Of a stretch of DNA of 64,000 bases, positions 12,940 to 25,900 are shown one piece after another. Each line of letters opens with the position of its first letter. Within the stretch, counting starts at the first letter, position 1. The notes beneath the pieces were generated by a model. It saw only the letters and a program-made list of their open reading frames with translations, made no database searches and was not told the origin of the DNA. The DNA comes from Octopus bimaculoides (lineage: Eukaryota). The DNA lies in the NCBI RefSeq assembly GCF_001194135.2, contig NC_068983.1:163925968-163989967 (forward strand), written 5' to 3'. The position numbers and the translations under genes are program-made.

Positions 12940-13318
12940 TCTTTTACTTGTTTCAATCATTTAACTGCGGTCATGCTGGATCACCGCCTTTACTCGAGCA
13001 AATAGACCCCAAGGACTTATTCTTTGTAAGCCTAGTACTTATTCTATAGGTCACTTATGCCGAACCGCTAGGTCACGAGGACGTAAACAAACTAGCATCG
13101 GTTGTCAAGCGATGGTGGGGAGGGACAAAAACAGACACACAGACACACACACACATGTATATATGACGGGCTTCTTTCAGTTTCCGTCTACCACATCCAC
13201 TCATAAGGATTTGGTCGGTAGAGGACACTTGCCCAAAGTGCCACACAGTAGGACTGAACCCGGAACCATGTGGTTGGTAAGCAAGCTTTTTACCACACAA
13301 CACAGCCACTCTTGCTCC
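12940..13318 (-). mobile_element. SINE family B (CORE-like motif, internal microsatellite)
   Basis: Reverse complement of the family B layout: GGAGTGGCTGTG head, CAC(C/T)TTGGGCAAGTGTC, GGAAACTGAAAGAAGCCCGTC, (TA/TG)n, ...GAAACAAGTAAAAG tail. Confidence 0.88.
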
Positions 13319-13334
13319 TATATTAAGCTTCTCT

Positions 13335-13370
<36 letters not shown>

Positions 13371-13483
13371 TATATGACTCTATCGTTAACATAAAGTGTT
13401 TAACAAGAAATTCATAATTAATTTGATTAATTACACATATGAAACTAGTAAGGAGTTTGGGTATAAAACCGGACAGAAAGTGC

Positions 13484-13520
<37 letters not shown>

Positions 13521-13544
13521 TAAACTCAGATAAACTTAGATGTT

Positions 13545-13651
13545 TCGACCAAAGATTGGTCCAGGTTATGTATTCCTCGAAGTAATTTGTCCAGACTTCT
13601 TTTAAAGCTGATGGGATTCTTTTCCTCTTTGATCAGTTTTGGGACAATGTC
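13545..13651 (-). mobile_element. L2/CR1-like LINE ORF2 C-terminal scrap
   Basis: Minus frame DIVPKLIKEEKNPISFKRSLDKLL resembles FN.LP....FK..LDKFL; cut by a gap. Confidence 0.45.
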
Positions 13652-15136
13652 NNNNNNNNNNNNNNNNNNNNNNNNNNNNNNNNNNNNNNNNNNNNNNNNN
13701 NNNNNNNNNNNNNNNNNNNNNNNNNNNNNNNNNNNNNNNNNNNNNNNNNNNNNNNNNNNNNNNNNNNNNNNNNNNNNNNNNNNNNNNNNNNNNNNNNNNN
13801 NNNNNNNNNNNNNNNNNNNNNNNNNNNNNNNNNNNNNNNNNNNNNNNNNNNNNNNNNNNNNNNNNNNNNNNNNNNNNNNNNNNNNNNNNNNNNNNNNNNN
13901 NNNNNNNNNNNNNNNNNNNNNNNNNNNNNNNNNNNNNNNNNNNNNNNNNNNNNNNNNNNNNNNNNNNNNNNNNNNNNNNNNNNNNNNNNNNNNNNNNNNN
14001 NNNNNNNNNNNNNNNNNNNNNNNNNNNNNNNNNNNNNNNNNNNNNNNNNNNNNNNNNNNNNNNNNNNNNNNNNNNNNNNNNNNNNNNNNNNNNNNNNNNN
14101 NNNNNNNNNNNNNNNNNNNNNNNNNNNNNNNNNNNNNNNNNNNNNNNNNNNNNNNNNNNNNNNNNNNNNNNNNNNNNNNNNNNNNNNNNNNNNNNNNNNN
14201 NNNNNNNNNNNNNNNNNNNNNNNNNNNNNNNNNNNNNNNNNNNNNNNNNNNNNNNNNNNNNNNNNNNNNNNNNNNNNNNNNNNNNNNNNNNNNNNNNNNN
14301 NNNNNNNNNNNNNNNNNNNNNNNNNNNNNNNNNNNNNNNNNNNNNNNNNNNNNATATATATATATATATATATATATACACCTATCATCCTAATTATGGT
14401 GGTGTGTGCGTGCATGCGAGATTCTAACCTTTGAAGCCAAATATTTACGTGTTCCACTCATTTACGCGTAAATTAGTTCATTTTTTTTTCTTTACATCTT
14501 CCTCATGCGATGTCTTCGCATCAACTTCAAGTGTGACGCTAAAACTCAATTTGTTTCGTGGTCTGTCTTGAGCCAATGCCATCTTACCACATATGTTGCA
14601 ATGTTTAACACGCATAGCACAACGCAATATACACACAACATGCACCCCGCCACAACACACACTCATTTGGGTGGTTATATATATTTTTCCTGTAATTACA
14701 AATAAATCTCAAGATGCAGTCCTAATGTAATTATTTTCGTGAAAAAAATATATTATTTCATATCCATTTTAGTTTCCCCATTTTTTAATTCCTTTATTTA
14801 TTTATTATTTTTTGGCTTAACCCACTCGTACAAATGCATAGAATTAAACTGAAATAGGGAAAAAAAAACATAAAACAGCCTTGAGTTCATATCTGTGAGC
14901 TAATAATTTGCACGCCTAATTTGTAATTAGTAGTAATTAGCTAATTTGTATTCATCTCTCTTGCTTTAAAGGAAATTAAATAAAATTAATAGGGTAAAAA
15001 TTATATTCACAGTTTTATAATTTACAAACCTGAAGCTTGTATTCAATGTGGGAAATAGGAAAAGAGTGAAACAATATAAAGTAGGAATTGTATTTAAAAA
15101 AAAACTGAGGGAGGGACGACTCGCTTTACGTTTATA

Positions 15137-15297
15137 GGCGCAAGCGTGGCTGTGTGATAGGAAGCTTGCTTCCAACCACTTGGTTCCTGGTTCGGTCCCA
15201 TTGCGTAACACCTTAGGAGAGTATCTTCTACCAGAGTCTCGGGTCAGGCAAAATCTTGTGAGTGGATTTGGTATACGGAAACTGAAAGAAGCCCGTC

Positions 15298-15341
<44 letters not shown>

Positions 15342-15577
15342 TTTTATATCTGTGTATGTCTTTATGTCTGTGTTTTCCTTCCCTGCTGGCCGTTTGACAA
15401 CCGGTGCGGTCTGTTTATTCCCCGTAACTTAGCAGTTCGGCAAAAGAGATCCGATAGAATAAGTACCAGACGTTAAAAAATAAGTCCTGGGTCGATATAT
15501 TCGACTAAAAATTCTCTAAGGCGATGCTCCAGCATGACCACAGTCTAATGGCTGAAACAAGTAAAAAAAAACAAAGA
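15137..15577 (+). mobile_element. SINE family B
   Basis: Full family B layout with internal (TA)n. Confidence 0.88.
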
Positions 15578-15724
15578 TGTGTAGAAAAATTGTTTAGGAG
15601 GAGTAGAATGGGATGTTGTGGCGTTCATGATCTTTTCATTAACTGCGTAAATGAGATGAATTGGAATGAAGGAAGGATTAATACTGTTCACCATTCTAGA
15701 GTGTTCGCCATTTATAATTTTTAG

Positions 15725-15912
15725 AAAAAGGTCAGAAAATTATGGGAAAGGGATTAGTTGATTACCTCTACCTCAGTACATGACTGGTACTTATTTTATC
15801 GCCTCAGGAAAGATAAAAGGTAAAGTCGACCTCGGTTGAATTCGCACTCAAAATATAAAAAAAAAACAAGAAGAAATGCCGTTAAGCTTGCTGCCGGAAG
15901 CGCTAACGGTTG
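15725..15912 (-). mobile_element. SINE family C
   Basis: ctggtacttattttatcg...aaaggtaaagtcgacctcgg...cgctaacgg. Confidence 0.75.
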
Positions 15913-16984
15913 TGGGTGGAGACCCGCGGTTCAGCTCCACACATTCTCTTACTGTTTATAACAGTCGTTTTTACGGCTCCTACTCAACTTTGATATGTTA
16001 TTATAGTTGGCGGATATGAATCCGACGTATATATTTTCTCCAGTCTTGGCAAGTTAAGCACAGAACTTTGTAATCAACTATTTATGAATGTTACATAATT
16101 ATTCTTTCAATTGTGTAGACTTATTGAAACTTTCAAATTCATGACCAACCTGAAAATTATTTGTGCTGTAAAATAAAAGTTTCTAGTAAATGTTTGCAAG
16201 GTGTTGTTACACCATTTATAAGCAGCCTCCCATACATACAGCCTTTGCGACACATTTAACTTGAATAATTAATTATACAACTGTAAGGCCAACTTCTACC
16301 GATTAACTCTGTTGACGTCTTATACACCAGTGGCATGTTATATAAAAATCGAACAATGTTAAGTCTGATAACATAACTTATGCATTAGTAACCTATGATA
16401 TGATCAGTTATCATCAATCACTCTATAGTTCTTTGTTGATAATACGATAGTTATTTTCTGGACATCTCTTCGGAAGATATAATTTTCAAAATATGATTAA
16501 ATTTATTGACTTTCAAAAGAACTTATCTCTTCGAGGCAGCTGTGATAGGAATTATCTAAATACGGTAATAAAGAAAATAGTTATCATTTGTACCGCACCG
16601 GTACTGTTCATCTTGGTAAACTTCAGCTCTAGACGAGACCTCTCTACTGACTGGGGCCATCGAAGATTAAATATTTTAAAGATTTCGGCAAAACATACAA
16701 TATAATAATTCGTGGGTGGGGGTCACGCAGAACAGTAACAATCCAAACATTAACGTATCTATTCATTTTTAATACGCTCTGGTAGATTCGAATGAGAAAC
16801 CACAGCGATCAACATAGTCATGTTCGGGTCTGTCAGAACACATTGAAAATGAATAGATAAGTTATACAATATCTTTTATGTTTTATCATTTACTGGTTTC
16901 AGCCAGATGTTGAGGCCATGTTGGAGCACTGCTTTTCAGTGTGATTGGCTTTCCTTTCTCTACCGTTTCTGGTGATGTAGCGCA

Positions 16985-17190
16985 TTAGACGAAGCTGTTA
17001 TTTTTTTGTGCTTCCTGCCTCGATGTAGGCTCATCAGGTGTATCAGGTGACAATTTGTCCAGACGCTCTTTGAAGACCTCCAGAACTACACCTCGCAAAT
17101 CTCTGAGGTTGTATGGCAAAATGTTGAACAGTTGTGGACTCTTAAAACCCAGTCTGTTACAGTACTGGACCATTATTCTAAATGGAAAAG
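16985..17190 (-). mobile_element. L2/CR1-like LINE 3' fragment
   Basis: NRLGFKSPQLFNILPYNLRDLRGVVLEVFKERLDKLSPDTPDEP matches the RT C-terminal NSL..RGP.LFN.LP...FK..LD.FL..IPD.P pattern. Confidence 0.7.
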
Positions 17191-17307
17191 ACGGAATTTT
17201 TGGTACTATGCAGTGCTGGCTACTTCGGTGGTTGGTTCAGTTTTCATTTCCAAAAGCTGCAATACTGAATACGATACACGTTACGATTTTTACCCCACAT
17301 CCTTGAA

Positions 17308-17466
17308 GGCACAGGTGTGACTGCGTGGTAAGAAATTCGCTTCTCAACCACATGGTTCAGGGTTCAGTCCCACTGCGTGACACCTTGGGTAAGTGTCTTC
17401 TACTATCGCCTCAGCTGACCAAAGCCTTGTGAGTGGATTTGGTAGACGGAAACTGAAAGAAACCCG

Positions 17467-17509
<43 letters not shown>

Positions 17510-17768
17510 CACATATATATATATATATATATATATATCTGTGTGTGTCGTTGTGTCTTCGATCCCCCTCCCCTACCGTTTGACAACCGGTGTCGGTGTG
17601 TTTACGTCTCCGCAACTTAGCGATTTAGCAAAAAGACCGATAGAATAAGTACCAAACTTTACAAAAATATAATTAGTACTGGAGTCGATTCGTTCGACTA
17701 AAATATTTGAAGGCGGTGCTCCAGCATGGCCGGAGCCTAATGATTAAAACAAGTAAAAGATTAAAGAT
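17308..17768 (+). mobile_element. SINE family B
   Basis: Full layout with internal (TG)n(TA)n. Confidence 0.9.
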
Positions 17769-18656
17769 TCTCGACGTTCGTCCAGTTTGGGGAGTATTTC
17801 TTTAGCGTTAAGCGGTTAAGAGTAATATATTCCCTTGTATAGAATTTTAGTCCATCGCAGATAAAATTCCGCCACTCTTTACCAATGGGTAGATAAACTA
17901 TAATATGTAGAATAAGAAATATTGATTAAAGACACAATAGAACGACCACAGCAGACTTAGACACAGTAAACACGAGTTGGTATTCTATTGTGATATCAGC
18001 ATAACCATTCTGACTCATTGTATAAAAATGGTAATATCTGAACTAAGCTGAAGTATTGTACAGCCGTAAATTATAGTATAAAGATGCTGCAAACAAATTA
18101 ACTGACCTGCTGTATAGCAATAAGATTTATGCCAGTCTGAACATGTTTTAAAAGTTTAGCCTTGCACAGCAGCAAGATAAATGCGATAAAGTTAGTGACT
18201 TGGCTTTAAATCAAATTCAATTATTGAGTGACTTTTTCACATAACTTGGTTGGTGATATTGTGCAATTTACGCAATTATCCACAATGGTTTCAGCTGAAC
18301 GATTTTCTCCATAGACAAGCAGTGTATAAAATTGGACATCAAATATGTTTCTCTTAACTTTATTATCAGCATAAACTGAAATTTGCGAAATTAGGTGCAC
18401 AGAACGAAAAAAATTAGCATAAAGAATATAGCCAGGACGATGACCGCTGCTAATAATTAACTGGATGATAAACAGGGACATTATGATCTTAAATCATATC
18501 AGGATAATTAAGTAGCAATTGACTGTAGCAATAAAGTGTCAGATTGCGGGGCAAAAAGCAGAGGCTTCGTATTCTCTCACAGATGCTGTAATTGGTGGGT
18601 GACAATGGTATTTCACTGGTCGTGGTTCAGTCCGATTCACAATTGACAAAAATCGG

Positions 18657-18840
18657 TTTCAAAATTTGGCACAAGAACAGCGATTTGGGGGAATGGGTGG
18701 GTTGATTATCTGGACTGCAGTGCTCAACTGATGTTATTTTATCGACTACAGCAGAATTTGAACTTAGGACGTAGAGACAGAGGAAATGGTTCTATGCATT
18801 TTGTTCGACGCGCTAACGATTTTACAAGCTCGTTGCCTTA
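18657..18840 (-). mobile_element. SINE family C (internally deleted)
   Basis: tttcaaaatttggcacaag...ttattttatcgac...atttgaacttaggacgtag...gctaacgatt. Confidence 0.7.
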
Positions 18841-19304
18841 GTTGACAAGTATTAGTAGTTACAGCTCGCCAATATAAGGGATAAATTTATTGTTTAATTA
18901 GAAAGAATTCAATTAATTTGTGGCTTGGATATCAACTTCTACAGACCAACGCGGGAGTCTAAACATGGTTGCATTCTCGAAGTCGCTGCCAAATCTACTT
19001 CAATTCACACTTTATCGAATTGAAAAGAAAACACAGTAGGATTATAGTAACTCTAGGCGAATAAGACGGGATGGTTACGGTTAGAATGTCGTTGATCATA
19101 AGTCTACTCGATCAAACCTGACTTCAGGCTAAACGACCTTTGTAGCGCTGGACTAGATTTTATGAAACTGTTCAGGTCTTTCTCAAGAAACCCAGGATCA
19201 ACAAAATATCATTTCCATAATTACTACAAAGCAATTAAACCAAAACAAAAAGAAAAGAAAAATGTGTGTTTGTGAAAATGTTAAGAGTTTATAATGTTTA
19301 TTTA

Positions 19305-19431
19305 CAGGGTGTCCACAAAGTATGGGTACATGAAGTAAATAAAATCATGACATAAACAATTGAATATAAGAAATAATAATTTCTTAAAGTATATGCTAAT
19401 CCCCATGTACCCAGACTTTGTGGACACTCTG
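19305..19431. mobile_element. Tc1/mariner-type MITE, 127 bp
   Basis: TA|CAGGGTGTCCACAAAGTATGGGTACATG ... CATGTACCCAGACTTTGTGGACACTCTG|TA: 28-bp TIR with 2 mismatches, TA target duplication. Confidence 0.9.
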
Positions 19432-19517
19432 TAGTAATGGTTGTACTCAGGAGCTTATATCAGTTGAGGACAATTATAGATCCGTCTTTATTTGGTATTC
19501 TTTCTAATTATGATACA

Positions 19518-19730
19518 AAGGCGCTGAGCTGGCAGAATTATGAATTCGTCGGACAAAATGCTAAGCAGCATTTCTTCTGGCCGTTTCACTTTCTCATGTG
19601 AAATTCCACCGAAGTTGGCGTTGCCTTTCAACCCTTCAGGGTTGATATATAAAGTACCCTTTGAGCACTGGCTTCAATGTTATCATCAAAACCCTTCCCT
19701 GATAAAATTGCTGGCCTGCTGCCAAAATTA
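19518..19730 (+). mobile_element. SINE family C (diverged)
   Basis: GGCGCTGAGCTGGCAGAATT head through GCTGGCCTGCTGCCAAAATT tail. Confidence 0.7.
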
Positions 19731-19735
19731 GTTCC

Positions 19736-19862
19736 TGATTTTGGTACTATGCCAGAAATTTTTGGGGAATGGGTGAGTCTATTACATCGCCCCTAGTCGA
19801 TGATGAGTCGAAATACCGCCAGGCATTTTGTCTGACGCACTAACAATTATGCCAGCTGGCTG
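19736..19862 (-). mobile_element. SINE family C (deleted), tail-to-tail with the previous copy
   Basis: ttttggtactatgccagaaatt...ggcattttgtctgacgcactaacaattatgccagct. Confidence 0.6.
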
Positions 19863-20302
19863 TTTTCTTTAGTATATCAATAGTTAGAAAATTAAAACCG
19901 TATTTTAATTTTAAGTGTATGCTGTAACCGTTTCATATTATATTGGTTGTAAGGTTGCAATAGAGGAAGAAGGAAAAGAAAAGGAGAATCCGTTAAAAGG
20001 AGAATTAATTAAAAATTATGACAGAAGTGCCATTCTTCTGTTTAGTATAGCATGACATTGTTTTAAGGATTTATTGAGGGTTCCCAGTTGTAGCTGTAGT
20101 CCACTAGATTTTAATTAAAAGTTTCAAGAAGGGAAGGTGTTAGCAACCAGCTACGGCCTGGAAATGACAATTGTATTATAAATATAACTGATGACTTAAA
20201 AGGTCGATATATGGATGTTGCCTACAATGACACGGTTTGACCTTTCATTGGTTTCATAACGATATGGAGGTCTCATGACAATAATATACATTCCTATTAT
20301 CA

Positions 20303-20493
20303 TTTCAAATTCTGGCAAAAGGTCGGCATTTTAGGCGGTTGGAGTTAATCGATTACACAGACCTCCCCCCTCCCAACAAGTACTTTATCGATCACGGAAG
20401 GTAAAAGTGACCTCGGCGGGATTTGAACTCAGAAGGTAAGGTTTCGGAAAACATGCCGCTAAGTATTTTCTTGGTCTCACTAACATTTCTGCC
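20303..20493 (-). mobile_element. SINE family C
   Basis: tttcaaattctggc...gacctcggcgggatttgaactcag...ctaacatttctgcc. Confidence 0.72.
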
Positions 20494-20679
20494 TTATACA
20501 TTCACATAATGACATGGGAGAGTCATCTCCATGTGATGAATCCTTGACTCTACATAATATGTTCCCGTGCCTAATAGCATCGTTTCCTGTATATTGTGGA
20601 AACTTATTTGAAGCTGTTATAATAATTACCACATCTATCAATATCATTATCGATAAAGTAAGTAACAGTTGAGCATGAG

Positions 20680-20742
20680 GTTCGATATAATTGGCTTATC
20701 CCCTGCTCCGAAATTTCTGGCCTTGTGCCATAAATTTGAAAC

Positions 20743-20800
<58 letters not shown>
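20680..20800 (+). mobile_element. 3' part of a SINE family C copy with (ATT)n tail (20744-20800)
   Basis: gttcgatataatt...gaaatttctggccttgtgccataaatttgaaacc followed by ~19 ATT units. Confidence 0.65.
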
Positions 20801-20803
<3 letters not shown>

Positions 20804-21998
20804 CAGTTTTATTTTTATAACGTGCTTTCACTTCACTACCGAGCGCAGCTCTGTGTGCCTTGGGTATGTGTTATGGTTTGCTGTGATGCTCTTATGGTTA
20901 CTGTATTGAAAGTGTTTTGCTTAAGATGTGTGCAGTGCCCAGTAGTGCAATCTTCTGTATGTTATATATATTTGTAAGTCCTGGTGTTTTTGTTATGTAT
21001 TTGTCTGAATATTTTTTTTTTATCATACCTAATGCGCCTATTATGATAGGAATTGTTTCTGTTTTTAGACTCCGCATTCGAGTTATCTCTATTTCCAGAT
21101 TTTTGTATTTTGAAAATTTCTCCGTCTGTTTTAGAGAAACATTGTTACCTGTTGGTATTGGTACATCGATTAAAAAGCATTCTTTTCTTGGTGATCTCTG
21201 ACAACTATATCCGGCCTATTGGCTTTAATTTCTCTGTGACCTTTAATTTCTCGTTTTCTGTGACCTTTTCTGGCGTGTACTTATACCATCGTTTTTGTGT
21301 TGTTATTCCATAGTGTTGGCATAACTTCTAGTGTATATAGGTCCCAACTCTGACGTGTCTGAATATATTCATTCTTAGCCAGGACTGGGCAGCCAGTGAC
21401 AATTTGATTTATTGCTTCTTCTCCATCTCCACATATTCTGCAATTACTCATATTTCTTTTCATTACATGTTTTTGGTGATTTCTGTGTAAAGTCTTTGAT
21501 CTTGTGCTGCAGCAAAAAAAATCCTTCGGTCTCTGCTTTGTGTCCTTCGCTTCTCAGCCATTGCTGCGGTTCTGCTTTGTCTATTTCTTTTCTGTTTAGT
21601 TTAGCCCAATATTTGCCATGAAGGGGCTTTTCTTGCCATCGTTTTATCATGATCCGTTGCTGTTCTAGTTTTAGTTTGGATTTCATTTGTTTTACAGCTT
21701 TTCTTGTTTCTTCTTTTTCTTCATAGTTGTTAGGTAGTATGACTTCTTTTTTGTATTTGTCTACTTCCTTAAAGACTAAAAACAGTTTTTTCTTTTGTTC
21801 GTGTTTTGTGGTTATTTGTATTAGTTTCCCTTGCTTCTGAAGTGGGTATTTTTGCGGTCCTATGGTAGTTATTTTGTAATAGTTTTCCAGCTGTATAAGG
21901 TCTCTACCACTTTCAATATGTTGTATGTATAGCATTTCTACGTCAGATTTTGGGTGGTGCAACCTAGATCCTGCCATTATTTTTCTTGTTTTCCTCTG
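20801..21998 (-). mobile_element. 5'-truncated R4/Dong-like non-LTR retrotransposon (RLE endonuclease), frameshifted
   Basis: Minus frames: RKTRKIMAGSRLHHPKSDVEMLYI (RT C-term), CRICGDGEEAINQIVTGC (CCHC, H lost), endonuclease ending ...LSIQ*, ~100-bp 3' UTR; bounded by (ATT)n on both sides. Confidence 0.88.
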
Positions 21999-22053
21999 TA
22001 TTATCATTATTATTATTATTATTATTATCATTATTATTATTATTATTATTATT

Positions 22054-22677
22054 CAGTAGTTTTATTTTTATAACGTGCTTTCACTTCACTACCGAGCGCA
22101 GCTCTGTGCGCCTTGGGTATGTGCTGTGGTTTGCTGTGGTGCTCTTATGTTTACTGTATTGAAAGTGTTTTGCGTAGGATGTGTGCAGTACCCAGTAGTG
22201 CAATTTTCTGTATGTTATATATATTTGTAAGACCTGCTATTTTTGTTATGTATTTGTCTGAATATTTTTTTATTATAACTAAGGCACCTACTATGATAGG
22301 AATTGTTTCTGTTTTTAGATTCCACATTCGAGTTATCTCTATTTCCAGGTCTTTGTATTTTGAAAGTTTTTCCATTTCTTTTAGAGAAACGTTGTCATCT
22401 GCTGGTATTGATACATCGATTAGAAAGCATTTTTTTTCTTCATGATCTTTGACAACTATATCTGGTCTATTTGCCTTAATTTCTCTATCTGTGTGTATTG
22501 GCATATCTCAGAGTATGGTTGCTTTCTCGTTTTCTGTGACCTTTTCTGGCGTGTGTTTATACCATCTTTTTTCTGTTGTTATTCCATAATGTTGGCATAG
22601 CTTCCAGTGTATATAGGTCCCAGCTCTGTCGTGTCTTTGGTTATATTCCTTCTTAGCCAGGACTGGGCAGCCAGAGA
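22054..22677 (-). mobile_element. Second 5'-truncated R4/Dong-like copy
   Basis: ANRPDIVVKDHEEKKCFLIDVSIPADDNVSLKEMEKLSKY = PD-(D/E)xK RLE domain; same 3' UTR as 20801; bounded by (ATT)n. Confidence 0.92.
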
Positions 22678-22697
22678 TATTATTATTATTATTATTA

Positions 22698-22728
<31 letters not shown>

Positions 22729-22815
22729 CATTATTATTATTATTATTATAAGGANNNNNNNNNNNNNNNNNNNNNNNNNNNNNNNNNNNNNNNNNNNNNN
22801 NNNNNNNNNNNNNNN

Positions 22816-22907
<92 letters not shown>

Positions 22908-22930
22908 CATTATTATTATTATTATTATAA
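22678..22930. repeat. (ATT)n array interrupted by a gap
   Basis: Direct reading; ataagga appears at the end of the array on both sides of the gap, suggesting assembly overlap. Confidence 0.9.
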
Positions 22931-25900
22931 GGAATTATTCTGTTTGCAATCTTCACATTCTGGTTATCTCTCTTCCCAAGTCTTAAAATTTAGATAATGC
23001 CTTAATTTCCTTTAGAGATTCATTATTGTCTGGTTAGACTAACCCTCCCACCACCACCGCCACATCAAGTGGGATTTCCTTTCCTACTTGGTCTTGATCA
23101 CTGTACCTTGATCATTATCTTTAGTAATCTCCTTCTATTTGAGGACCAACACATCGCAGTGTATAGTCGCTTTGTCATTCACCGACACCTTCTTACCCGG
23201 TGTATGCAGCATAATTTCCACTTTGAAAGCCTTAACTTTCTCACCTTTGCATATGTATTCTCTCTCCTGGATCTGACGAGACAGAAACAATTCGTTTAAT
23301 CGTTTGGGTGGTGTATTCTAAATGCAATCATTTTCGTTGCTTTCCGTTTACTTTGGTTATTAATTTTTATTCTTGTTGACAACATTTATAACTAGAACTT
23401 CTTACTTGGAAAACTGAAATAGTGATTCTTATTAATATATTTTTTATTTAGCGCTTTACATATTAATCTAATGTGTCTATGATATACATTCCTAACCTTT
23501 TCATACATTTGTGTTTACGTGTTTGTGTGTGAATGTGTGGTACTTCTTATCTTGTTTATTAATTCCTAGTCTTTGTAAGTCCGTGTTTGGAATAATCTTC
23601 TTATGAGTGAATATTTATCTAAGACGGCATTAATGTTTTTAATAAATCCTCTCTTCAAAGTTGTCATGAAGCATATTTGCAACTCAAGTCTCGTATCACT
23701 TACTCGAATAAATCCGTGTATTGTCTGCAGCGGTGTCTTTCTTTTCAATGACATATTTCCGTCTTTTGGAATAGGTTAGCAGGGGTTGTTGTCTGCGACC
23801 TAAAAGTATCTGCCATTTTCCTTATTCTATCTGTCTACTGAAATCGACATGCCCTATACTATGATCATTTTATCACGCTTTTAGAGTATTCGGTGCTGTA
23901 TATCGGCAGTCTTTTAATTCTGTTCTGCGGGTTGTTCTTTAATCCCATGTCACAGATACATTCTATTTTTTTCTGATTTGGCCTGGTTTTTCATAATATT
24001 CACGCAGGAAATTTTTTTCTTGCTAACATTCTATTTAACGTAACATTTTTAATTTATATTTTTATCATTAATGTTTCCAGACGCCTGCTTATTACTTCAG
24101 CTTGAGTTTCGTAGGTATTACCGTCTTGCCATCCCTAAAGGCATTCTTATTTATTTTATAAACGTTATGTGTCACTTTACACAAGTGATATTGATGTCAA
24201 TATGTTCGGTGCCTACGAAAACCTAGTTTCGGTTTATTTGTATATTTTTGTTATTTTATCATTAACTTCTATCTTCGAGTTGGTAATTCTTTTGTCCTAA
24301 GGGACATATATCGATTTTAATTCTTTAATTAGATTATTGCTTATTCACAATTTCTAACATCAATAATTTTCTACCTTAACATCTTTCACATATACTGTTT
24401 GGCTCATATTTTCTTTGGTTTAAGCAGTATTGGTCGATAATTTGTAAAGATTCTGGAGTTAAATGCTGTGCTAGATTCTTATTTTAAGTTGTTTATTTTG
24501 CTTGTGCTAACTTTGTTTGTCATTCATGTTCTCAATATTTTTCATTTTAACATTGTTATATTTATTTTCGTTGTTTGTATTTTTATGTTTCTTTCCCTTT
24601 ATTGTTTGTATACACATTATGTGTCTTTACTTTTTGAATTTATATTTCTGTTTGATATCATTTTAGATCTAAGAATCTATTTCCTTAAAAGCCTCTTGAG
24701 AAACAAGGTTATTTCTGGCGCACGGCTATTTTCTCTCCGGATATTGTAAATATTTATTATGATAGGTTCTGTAAAATATATTTTTATAAGATGGATATAC
24801 ATTCCTTTCGAGTCATATAAATTTAAAACTTTTATTTGTAGTCCTTCAAGAGTAAATTCTGTTCGTTTATTTGAATTACCATCATATTTATTATCGTTTG
24901 CTTGCGTTCGTTTCTGGTGGCAAGGCATTTGCCGTGCCCTACTCTCCATATTTTTAATCTACTCATTTCAAACTACGTATTACATTTTACCATTGAACCC
25001 AGTTACACGGTTTTGTTTCTAAGTTTTTGTTATAGTTTTGCTTTGAGATGAATTGGTTTGATGCTGGTGCTGGTTGTATTTTTGCTCTGTAAGTGTGCTT
25101 CGATGAATTTGTAACCCAATGGTTGTTGGATTGTACCTTAACAAAACATAACTTGCTGCATTTATATAAACACAATGCCATCGCGCGTGTATGGTGATAA
25201 TAATTTGAATACTGAAATAAGTAAAACACTGTGTGTGTGTGTGGGCGGGAGAACTGTTACCACGAAGTCTATTAAGGCTGCTCACTTTACAAGGTTTTGA
25301 TCGCTCGGTTTGTGATGTTTAGTATTAACATATATATGACATTATTTTAAACTTGCTTTAGTCTTGTTTCCCCGTATTGATTATTAAAAGTAGAATACGA
25401 ATAATTATGCAGAATAAATACATGGCCTCAGAACAATGATAAACGATCACAGGGGAAAAAAAAAGGTATGTTTGAAATAAAATTTAACTAAAGTTTAAAA
25501 TAAATAAATATATAATGCTTTTAAATATTATTGAACTATCAGAGAATTCATGCAGCAGGCTATCGATAATATAAAAAAAATTATCGATGCTGGTTGGCCA
25601 AATAATATTTTTGAAAATTTTATCGTCACCTATTATGAGACTCGCTAACTTTGATCGTTCGTTCTAATATCAATGCATTGTATGCATTATACATGCATAA
25701 ATATATTATATTAATGCAAAATGCAATTAAATTTTATGATATAAGTTTATGCATTACATTTACTGTTATTACGTCGTCGTTTCTTTTTGTTTTTGTTTTT
25801 CTTTCATTCTCATTTCACCGGTGTTCTTGGTTACTTTTAACGTTGCACAATACTCATGTCTGTTGTTCTTTCACTCAGTCTTCGCTTCCGTACTATTTTC

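Noticed and set aside
23263-23305. CTGACGAGACAGAAAC...GTT hammerhead-like string (also CTGACGAATGTATGAAA near 10110)
   Set aside because: No stem II or stem I pairing could be built; consistent with chance.
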